Of a stretch of 56,930 bases of DNA, positions 1 through 5,960 are shown piece by piece. Numbering within the stretch: the stretch's first letter is position 1; every line of letters begins with the position of its first letter. A program made the position numbers and the translations under genes. Below the pieces are notes generated by a model. It ran no database searches and had not been told where the DNA came from. It saw nothing but the letters and a program-made list of their open reading frames with translations. The stretch covers positions 1-56,930 of the IMG/VR virus record IMGVR_UViG_3300034374_008818, one strand, 5' to 3'. The DNA is from a virus. Taxonomy: Duplodnaviria > Caudoviricetes.

Positions 1-6
1 TGAAGA

Positions 7-39
7 ACACAAATGAAAAAAGCCCCCAGTGAAGGGGGC
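7..39 (-). promoter_or_regulatory. Hairpin-N12-TGT element 1 (putative hairpin promoter/terminator)
   Basis: + strand ACA(7-9)-N12-GCCCCC-agtgaa-GGGGGC; 6-nt loop variant; its downstream gene lies outside the window. Confidence 0.6.
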
Positions 40-45
40 AAGGTA

Positions 46-327
46 TCAGGCAGCAGGTGCCATGGAGGGCTTAACTTCCTCCTTATCCTTAAGGAAAGGC
101 AGGTAAGAGCCAGTGGTCTGCTTGAGATGACCACCAGTGGCAAGTAAGCCAGTGGCAAGAGTGCCACCAATGACATAGCCAGGGGCTACAGCAGTAGCAA
201 TGAATGCAGCGCCACCAAAGGTAGCAACACCAGTGCCAACAGCAGCAATGGTGAGTGCATTCTGGTCAGTCAAAAAGTCAAGTGCTGCACCAGAGGAGGT
301 GTCAACAGACTTGTGAATAGCAGCCAT
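46..327 (-). CDS. Hypothetical small membrane protein (93 aa), early array
   Basis: ORF with two Gly/Ala-rich hydrophobic stretches; ATG 327 (MAAIHKS) preferred to the track start at 366. Confidence 0.7.
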   Translation of the reverse strand: MAAIHKSVDTSSGAALDFLTDQNALTIAAVGTGVATFGGAAFIATAVAPGYVIGGTLATGLLATGGHLKQTTGSYLPFLKDKEEVKPSMAPAA

Positions 328-362
328 AGAAATATACAGAGTAAGTGAACAAGCCCATAAGG

Positions 363-393
363 GCACAAGACGACAAAGCCCCCGTTAGGGGGC
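363..393 (-). promoter_or_regulatory. Hairpin-N12 element 2
   Basis: GCA-N12-GCCCCC-gtta-GGGGGC. Confidence 0.6.
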
Positions 394-399
394 GAGAGG

Positions 400-522
400 T
401 CAGATGTCACACGACAGGGGAGTGCCACGCCAAGTCCAGGAGTACCAAGCGTCACCAATGCGTGTGTAGACAAAGTTCTCAGTCAGCCAACGGTCTGCTT
501 CGAACGGTAGAGGATAGTACAT
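400..522 (-). CDS. Micro-protein, 40 aa (MYYPLPFEADRW...SCDI), not in ORF track
   Basis: Hand-translated ATG 522 to TGA 400; fills the space between two hairpin elements; ATG 31 nt from stem. Confidence 0.7.
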   Translation of the reverse strand: MYYPLPFEADRWLTENFVYTRIGDAWYSWTWRGTPLSCDI

Positions 523-537
523 ATGAATATATAGAGA

Positions 538-568
538 ACAACAAAGGACAAAGCCCCCAATAGGGGGC
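538..568 (-). promoter_or_regulatory. Hairpin-N12-TGT element 3
   Basis: ACA-N12-GCCCCC-aata-GGGGGC. Confidence 0.65.
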
Positions 569-579
569 GTATACAGCTG

Positions 580-723
580 TTAGGAGACGTCTGCCCATTC
601 AGTGATGACACCTTCAGTGTCAACAGTCTCAGGGACAGTAAATAGATCTACAGTAACAAGATCATCTGACTGATCGATCATACGTTCCAGGTATTCACGG
701 TAGGCTTCGATGAATGCAGACAT
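580..723 (-). CDS. Acidic micro-protein, 47 aa (MSAFIEAYREYLERM...WADVS), not in ORF track
   Basis: Hand-translated ATG 723 to TAA 580; ATG 33 nt from stem. Confidence 0.7.
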   Translation of the reverse strand: MSAFIEAYREYLERMIDQSDDLVTVDLFTVPETVDTEGVITEWADVS

Positions 724-740
724 CTATAAATATACGAGGA

Positions 741-771
741 ACACTAAAGAATAAAGCCCGCGCTAGCGGGC
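741..771 (-). promoter_or_regulatory. Hairpin-N12-TGT element 4
   Basis: ACA-N12-GCCCGC-gcta-GCGGGC; the loop supplies the TAG stop of the upstream ORF. Confidence 0.7.
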
Positions 772-885
772 AAGGAGTTTCCTCTTAAGAGCTTTCAAAG
801 CAGCCTTACGGGCTCTCATAGCCTGTGGCTTACGCCTTGGCTTCTGTGCTTTCTTAGAGTGATGTTGATAATTAGGGACATTCAT
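763..885 (-). CDS. Basic micro-protein, 40 aa (MNVPNYQHHSKKAQKPRRKPQAMRARK...), not in ORF track
   Basis: Hand-translated; resembles the QHHSKK..KPQA.R small proteins I recall from cyanophages. Confidence 0.75.
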   Translation of the reverse strand: MNVPNYQHHSKKAQKPRRKPQAMRARKAALKALKRKLLAR

Positions 886-905
886 ATCGATAAACGAGAA
901 GAGAC

Positions 906-936
906 ACAAGATCAATAAAAACCCACGATAGTGGGT
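906..936 (-). promoter_or_regulatory. Hairpin-N12-TGT element 5
   Basis: ACA-N12-ACCCAC-gata-GTGGGT. Confidence 0.7.
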
Positions 937-978
937 AAACATAGATAGTTACAATTAATAAGTGTATTAGTTATAACT

Positions 979-2010
979 ATGCCTAGATTTGCCAATCAAC
1001 GGATTGCTAAGTTAGTTGATTATCTTAAAACGCCACACTCAGAGAGACGTATGGTAAATCAAGATGATCCATATTACTGGGGTCAATCAGGTAGAGCTTG
1101 GCGTCAAGAGCAAGATAATTTGCATAGAGAAATACAAACTGGATACCTGAGTCCAAACCACGCTAAAGCAATACTTCAGACTAAATTCGGTCTGTCTAGT
1201 AAAGAAGCCGGTATGTATGTAAAGTGGTCTTTAGATCCAGACACAAAATGGAGTAGACACGTTGGATTTGGTGTTCCGCAAGCAGAAACTTCGGAACATA
1301 TTATGAATGAGATATTGAATTCATCAGGTATTAAGACTAAATTAAACAACCAAGATGATCCTACTGCAACTGATTTAGTTCGTATGGTAGACAACGTAAA
1401 GCAGTATATTGATGTTCAAAACAGAAATACACTGCCAAATATTATTACAGGTGAAGAGATGGGGACATTAATGCCAATCCTAAATACACCTGCAGGGTTA
1501 GCATCTGAAATTTACGATAAAGCATCACCTAATGACACATTTGGAGTTATTAAACAGGAAATTCAACGTAGGTCACCATACGCTCGTCCAGGAAAAATGT
1601 TCGAGAGTAGAGAGGTTGTTGGTCAAAAGTTTGGACGTCCAAGGATGAGAAACGGGGTAGATCAGCGTAAGCCATTTAAAGAATCACACGTTAAAGATGT
1701 AATCATTGGAGGATATAATGATCCACGTGAATTCGAGGCATACTCATTAAGAAAAGGTCACGGGCCATACGATCCCATGATTCCTTCACGAGTGATAGCT
1801 CAAGATCAAGAGAAACTTAGAAATAATCTAATGGGAATGACTAAAGCTGAGTATGAGAAATTAGGAGGAGCAGTCTTAAATGATGACTATAGGAAATCGA
1901 TGGATTTGTATCTCCCCGTCAATATGATCGAGGAGATGTCAAAACCAGATACAGAATATATCGCCAAGGAGGTATTAGAAGCTTTGGATTGGGCTAAACG
2001 GAATAGTTAG
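979..2010 (+). CDS. Hypothetical protein (343 aa), possible PD-(D/E)xK-like fold
   Basis: Long ORF, TACAAT at 950-955; E...ATDL...YIDVQ pattern is only weakly nuclease-like. Confidence 0.75.
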   Translation: MPRFANQRIAKLVDYLKTPHSERRMVNQDDPYYWGQSGRAWRQEQDNLHREIQTGYLSPNHAKAILQTKFGLSSKEAGMYVKWSLDPDTKWSRHVGFGVPQAETSEHIMNEILNSSGIKTKLNNQDDPTATDLVRMVDNVKQYIDVQNRNTLPNIITGEEMGTLMPILNTPAGLASEIYDKASPNDTFGVIKQEIQRRSPYARPGKMFESREVVGQKFGRPRMRNGVDQRKPFKESHVKDVIIGGYNDPREFEAYSLRKGHGPYDPMIPSRVIAQDQEKLRNNLMGMTKAEYEKLGGAVLNDDYRKSMDLYLPVNMIEEMSKPDTEYIAKEVLEALDWAKRNS

Positions 2011-2191
2011 CCTGAATATAATCCCAAAGAAACTGCTGCTTTTCAGTCAAGGCATCGCCATTGTCTAGCGACACACAGATGTCACCAAGGCAGTAGTTGA
2101 CAAAATCTAATACACCATACTCTTTGTCAGGCCGACGATCGGCTTGGCGAGTAAGAAACTCCTTATAAAGAGTGTCGAAATCGTAAGTCAT
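1994..2191 (-). CDS. Hypothetical protein (65 aa), early array
   Basis: ORF track; ATG 2191 (MTYDFD) fits the conserved hairpin spacing. Confidence 0.7.
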   Translation of the reverse strand: MTYDFDTLYKEFLTRQADRRPDKEYGVLDFVNYCLGDICVSLDNGDALTEKQQFLWDYIQANYSV

Positions 2192-2209
2192 AGTAAGAAA
2201 TAAACAATA

Positions 2210-2240
2210 ACACCACACGAAAAACTCCCCGGTAGGGGGG
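2210..2240 (-). promoter_or_regulatory. Hairpin-N12-TGT element 6
   Basis: ACA-N12-CTCCCC-ggta-GGGGGG (one G:T pair). Confidence 0.65.
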
Positions 2241-2252
2241 AGTCTTAGGTTA

Positions 2253-2477
2253 TCAGGCAACAGCCTGCTTCTTAAGGGTAGCCAGGCTACGGTTACGAGT
2301 GAGGGGAGTGAAACCCTTAGCGAGGAGGAAATCCTCGAAGTGAGTCATCTCATAGCCGCTACGGAAGACGTGTTGCTTACCGAAGCCATTCTTGGCAACG
2401 AAGCAGTCGTCGCTAAAGCGGATAAGACGCCAAGAGGCATTACCGCGAGTCAACACAACAGACTTCAAACCAGACAT
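2253..2477 (-). CDS. Hypothetical protein (about 74 aa), early array
   Basis: ORF track; ATG 2477 (MSGLKSV) fits the spacing; ATG 2483 is an alternative. Confidence 0.7.
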   Translation of the reverse strand: MSGLKSVVLTRGNASWRLIRFSDDCFVAKNGFGKQHVFRSGYEMTHFEDFLLAKGFTPLTRNRSLATLKKQAVA

Positions 2478-2494
2478 AATCATAATTGATAACA

Positions 2495-2525
2495 ACACAA
2501 AAGAAAAACACCCGCGTTAGCGGGT
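2495..2525 (-). promoter_or_regulatory. Hairpin-N12-TGT element 7
   Basis: ACA-N12-ACCCGC-gtta-GCGGGT. Confidence 0.7.
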
Positions 2526-2539
2526 GAAGGGGTATACAA

Positions 2540-2761
2540 TTAAGGGATACGGGGGTAGACAGCCTTCCACAAACGAGAGGAAGCCTTACAAGTCTTATCG
2601 GTAATATAGTAAAAACCGCAGCCTATGCCATACACACAGCCGACAAAAGGAAATAGAATCCATCCACCAAGAAGGAGGATAGGAGAGGAAGCAAATAGAA
2701 TTAGCAAGAGGGTTCCAGCCAATTCCTTCTTGCTTGTCTTAGGCTGAATAGAAGTAGTCAT
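2540..2761 (-). CDS. Hypothetical membrane protein (73 aa), early array
   Basis: ORF with long hydrophobic segment; ATG 2761 (MTTSIQ). Confidence 0.7.
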   Translation of the reverse strand: MTTSIQPKTSKKELAGTLLLILFASSPILLLGGWILFPFVGCVYGIGCGFYYITDKTCKASSRLWKAVYPRIP

Positions 2762-2775
2762 AAAGTTAATTGATA

Positions 2776-2806
2776 ACACTAAAGAAATAAACCCACGATA
2801 GTGGGT
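2776..2806 (-). promoter_or_regulatory. Hairpin-N12-TGT element 8
   Basis: ACA-N12-ACCCAC-gata-GTGGGT. Confidence 0.7.
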
Positions 2807-2810
2807 GAAA

Positions 2811-2911
2811 GTAGGTCGCTTACCGGGAAGGAGAAGTAGGTCGCTTCTAGGTCGCTTAATGGTAGGGGGGGGGTAGTAGGTCGCTTACCGGGAAGGAGAA
2901 GTAGGTCGCTT
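2811..2911. repeat. Cluster of five (G)TAGGTCGCTT repeats including a 36-bp direct duplication
   Basis: Copies at 2811, 2836, 2848, 2876, 2901; 2811-2846 is identical to 2876-2911. Confidence 0.95.
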
Positions 2912-2917
2912 ACCAAG

Positions 2918-2945
2918 ACATAAAAAAAAACCCCTGGGGAGGGGT
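2918..2945 (-). promoter_or_regulatory. Variant hairpin element 9 / terminator
   Basis: ACA-N9-ACCCCT-gggg-AGGGGT with poly-A; U-tract on the minus strand. Confidence 0.5.
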
Positions 2946-2951
2946 TATGAG

Positions 2952-3095
2952 TCACTGATGCCAGCGTCGATGATAGTTATCCATAGTAACGAGATTAACG
3001 GCTAGAGACATACCTGCAGTTGGTAGAATTAAAGACGCTGCTATCATCTGATATAACACTAGCTTGCATAAATCATACTTCTGAGAGTCAGACAT
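2952..3095 (-). CDS. Micro-protein, 47 aa, paralog of 3274-3441, not in ORF track
   Basis: Hand-translated; PTAGMSLAVNLVTMDNYHRRW vs PTAGMSLAINCMSYDNYQRRW. Confidence 0.8.
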   Translation of the reverse strand: MSDSQKYDLCKLVLYQMIAASLILPTAGMSLAVNLVTMDNYHRRWHQ

Positions 3096-3111
3096 ATTAA
3101 AGTTATAAACT

Positions 3112-3142
3112 ACATCAATGGATAAAACCCGCGATAGCGGGT
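3112..3142 (-). promoter_or_regulatory. Hairpin-N12-TGT element 10
   Basis: ACA-N12-ACCCGC-gata-GCGGGT. Confidence 0.7.
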
Positions 3143-3147
3143 GATAC

Positions 3148-3215
3148 GTCGCTTGCGAGTCAGTTAGTATGTCGCTTGTAGGTCGCTTAAAGGAAAGAAG
3201 AAGAGTAGGTCGCTT
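3148..3215. repeat. Second cluster of GTCGCTT/GTAGGTCGCTT repeats (4 copies)
   Basis: Copies at 3148, 3171, 3178, 3205. Confidence 0.9.
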
Positions 3216-3221
3216 AGCAAG

Positions 3222-3252
3222 ACACAGTAGTTTAAAACCCCCGTTAGGGGGT
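3222..3252 (-). promoter_or_regulatory. Hairpin-N12-TGT element 11 (heads a non-coding repeat unit)
   Basis: ACA-N12-ACCCCC-gtta-GGGGGT. Confidence 0.7.
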
Positions 3253-3273
3253 GGTAGTCAGTAGTTAATTAAA

Positions 3274-3441
3274 TCAGTCGATGTCACACCAAGTAATGGA
3301 TTCGGGATACCAACGACGTTGATAGTTGTCGTAAGACATACAGTTAATAGCGAGTGACATACCAGCAGTAGGGAATGCTAACGCTAAGCCAGCAATTTGC
3401 TTTCCAACTAACATAAGAGTGTCTGCTTGTTGCGGAGTCAT
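3274..3441 (-). CDS. Small hydrophobic protein (55 aa; 62 aa from ATG 3462)
   Basis: ORF track; ATG 3441 fits the conserved spacing; paralog of 2952-3095. Confidence 0.75.
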   Translation of the reverse strand: MTPQQADTLMLVGKQIAGLALAFPTAGMSLAINCMSYDNYQRRWYPESITWCDID

Positions 3442-3458
3442 AGATTCAATGTAATTTG

Positions 3459-3489
3459 ACATAAAAGAAATAAACCCGCGTTAGCGGGT
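3459..3489 (-). promoter_or_regulatory. Hairpin-N12-TGT element 12
   Basis: ACA-N12-ACCCGC-gtta-GCGGGT. Confidence 0.7.
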
Positions 3490-3496
3490 GAAGTAA

Positions 3497-3664
3497 TTAT
3501 CGGAAGTCGCAGTAACGATAGGGTGAGTCATAGTCAGTCACACGGATTATGTCAGAGTAGTTACGTAACTCATTAACCATTGATGCATACTCATTAGCAT
3601 CATAAGTGTCATAGCCGTGGTTGTAATCACACTCACCTTCACGGATAATGTCGTAATCATTCAT
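3497..3664 (-). CDS. Tyr/Asp-rich micro-protein, 55 aa (MNDYDIIREG...YCDFR), not in ORF track
   Basis: Hand-translated ATG 3664 to TAA 3497; ATG 32 nt from stem. Confidence 0.7.
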   Translation of the reverse strand: MNDYDIIREGECDYNHGYDTYDANEYASMVNELRNYSDIIRVTDYDSPYRYCDFR

Positions 3665-3680
3665 AGTAAAATTACAAATT

Positions 3681-3711
3681 ACACAGTAATCGACACCACT
3701 CGATAGAGTGG
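3681..3711 (-). promoter_or_regulatory. Hairpin-N12-TGT element 13 (first in direction of transcription, no U-tract)
   Basis: ACA-N12-CCACTC-gata-GAGTGG; compensatory stem changes relative to the other copies. Confidence 0.7.
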
Positions 3712-4308
3712 GGGTAGGGGTGGTAGGAGCTGATACCCTCAGCGAGACACAGGGTTACTTAAGATACGCATAAGTCACGACAGGGGTGTGTAACTTCTGA
3801 CGATAGGGGGAGGTAACCTGTGGTTACTGAAGTGAGCCCGAGTACGAAACACACGATACGAATTCGTATCACCACAAAAGATTAATACGAAAGATAATTA
3901 TGTAGTGAAGAATTCGAGTGTGTTAACTCGGGTGAACAAAGAAACAAATGTGAAACTTGAGTGAAACGAAAGTTGAACAACGATTGTTATACACTTCAGC
4001 CGAACACAAAGGCTCACAAACAAACGCTTCACTTCAATTAACATCTGACTTCACAGTAGTTATTTTTTTTGTTTGAGCCCCAGTTCGGGTACAGAGGGTA
4101 TTAAACGTGTCTAAAATTTTGTACCATTTTTTACCCTCTATAGGGGGTTTTTAGTACCCCAAAAGTCGCCACTTTGGGCAATAAGCAGGGCTCCAGTATG
4201 TAGTGTGATTATCTTATTGAGAATCAATAGCAATAGAGGCTGTGATACCCTAGTAAAAGCACCTACTCTCCCTGCTTGTATACGTTGGTTTTAGAGTCGA
4301 ACGCAAAA

Positions 4309-4439
4309 CTACGCTAACTACGGTAGTTTTCTATATACCCCTTTTTTAATTCACCCCTAGCCCCTACTAGTGAATTTTTTTAGAAAGGGTTAGATAAGAA
4401 GGTAGTTAGTGTAGCATCGTAGTTTTTGTAGAATAAATA
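4309..4439. repeat. 130-bp CTAC/GTAG inverted-repeat element, copy 1
   Basis: CTACGCTAACTAC(4309-4321)...GTAGTTAGTGTAG(4402-4414) around an AT-rich core; homologous to 49333-49459. Confidence 0.85.
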
Positions 4440-4461
4440 GAACATCAACATTTAAAAAATA

Positions 4462-5907
4462 ATGGGCAAGTTTACTCCGGGTTATATCACTGTCCCAGGT
4501 AAAGGTAGAAGGTATCGTGATGCTGATGGTAATTATTTCGGCATTGAGCCTGGATTTGGCATGCAGACTATGTTGGAATTTTTCGATCCAACTGTTAAAG
4601 GTCAACCAAGCTACGGTGCCTATCAAAACTCAACACCGAGCACATCGCGTCGTTATAATGATTCTGAAAGTAAAATTAAAGCGATTCAATCAAACGGTTC
4701 AGCACTGATCAACCGTTCTGGTGTCACTCCTGTAGATGGAAGTTTTCGTAAAGCTGTAGAGCAAGGTACTGACGGTAATCGCCCTTCAAGTGCTGGTAAC
4801 GCTGGTTCCGGCAACGCTGGTTCCAGTAACGGTGGTTCCGGTAACGGTGGTTCCGGTAACGGTAAGGGGTCTGCACCAGCACCTTCAAGCAACGGTGGCA
4901 ACACTGGACGTAACGACACTCGTGTAAATAACGGTGGAGTAGTTCAATCTGGCACCAACATGGGTCCAAAGCTTCCCACGTTAGATGAACTGAGTGCTTA
5001 TGCAGGTGCACCAGTTGCTAACTTTGCTGGCCCATCGTTCCCCACACAGCCAGCAACCAACCGCATCACTGCTTCTTACCCCAACACCACAGGTGATGGT
5101 ATGGAAACAGTGGACCTTGGCGGGGGCAATATCTACAAAGCTGACCGCAATGGTCGCATCATCGGTGCAGCAAACGGAAATGAGGGCGATAAGTTCGAAG
5201 GTTCCCAGCTGCCTACTACAAAAGGCAACCCATTTAGCGGAAATCCTGCCGATAGTCCGCAGTTTAGGTCCGATTTACCCGGAATTATTGGTCAATCCTA
5301 CGACAGTTACCACACTAATAACGGATTAAACGCCGCATCCAACGTTTCAGGTAAAGGAACCCCCGCATTTAGCGGCAAAGAAGAGCAAATTAAGGGCGCA
5401 TCTAGCCGTCCTAGCGGCTCATTAGCTGATTCTCTTAGCGATGGAAGCGATTTACGGTTCAATTCCGCCAATTACAAGCCATCTGAAGGCTTCAAGGTGT
5501 CTGATGGTGCATCATCCTCGGAAGAAATGCGTCGTCGGCGTGCATTCTTAGATGCACCGGACAGTATGAGCGGAATCAAGCGCGTTGAAGCTGGTCTTGG
5601 CTACCAAGTTCTTAATGGTAAAGCATATATGAACATCAATGGTGAGATCAAAGAGGGTGATGTAAGCGAAGTCCGTAAAATCAAGAATGCTGCACCAGGT
5701 CAAGCGCAAGGATTGAAGGATGCTTACGTTGAATCCATTATAGGCAAGACTAAAGAGAACAATACTTCCGAGAATCCTCCGTTAACTCCAGCAGCTGCCC
5801 AAAATCCCAGTGTTCAAAACAATGAACTCTCGCCATTTATACAATCACTGCCTGGCAACAAGAAATCAAACCTTCCAAACCAGGTAATGGGCATCGGAAG
5901 TATCTGA
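4462..5907 (+). CDS. Gly/Ser/Asn-rich hypothetical protein, probable internal virion protein
   Basis: 481-aa ORF, low complexity, first gene of the + strand block, TAGAAT at 4429. Confidence 0.75.
   Translation: MGKFTPGYITVPGKGRRYRDADGNYFGIEPGFGMQTMLEFFDPTVKGQPSYGAYQNSTPSTSRRYNDSESKIKAIQSNGSALINRSGVTPVDGSFRKAVEQGTDGNRPSSAGNAGSGNAGSSNGGSGNGGSGNGKGSAPAPSSNGGNTGRNDTRVNNGGVVQSGTNMGPKLPTLDELSAYAGAPVANFAGPSFPTQPATNRITASYPNTTGDGMETVDLGGGNIYKADRNGRIIGAANGNEGDKFEGSQLPTTKGNPFSGNPADSPQFRSDLPGIIGQSYDSYHTNNGLNAASNVSGKGTPAFSGKEEQIKGASSRPSGSLADSLSDGSDLRFNSANYKPSEGFKVSDGASSSEEMRRRRAFLDAPDSMSGIKRVEAGLGYQVLNGKAYMNINGEIKEGDVSEVRKIKNAAPGQAQGLKDAYVESIIGKTKENNTSENPPLTPAAAQNPSVQNNELSPFIQSLPGNKKSNLPNQVMGIGSI
4801..4860 (+). 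repeat. Four tandem 15-bp units encoding [AG]GS[GS]N
   Basis: gctggttccggcaac / gctggttccagtaac / ggtggttccggtaac x2. Confidence 0.9.
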
Positions 5908-5960
5908 TATCAGTTAATCACAAATTATCTACAATATATAGAGGTTTGTGATTAACAACA

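Noticed and set aside
270-563. Track ORFs 270-473 (-) and 345-563 (+)
   Set aside because: They cross hairpin elements and conflict with the better-placed 46-327 and 400-522 ORFs.
7-3711. CRISPR array or integron cassette array interpretation of the repeated hairpins
   Set aside because: Repeats are not identical and spacers are mostly about 80-330 nt and protein-coding; no cas genes. The hairpins are far shorter than attC sites and lack consistent RYYYAAC/GTTRRRY boxes. The recombinase is 45 kb away beside a tRNA attP.
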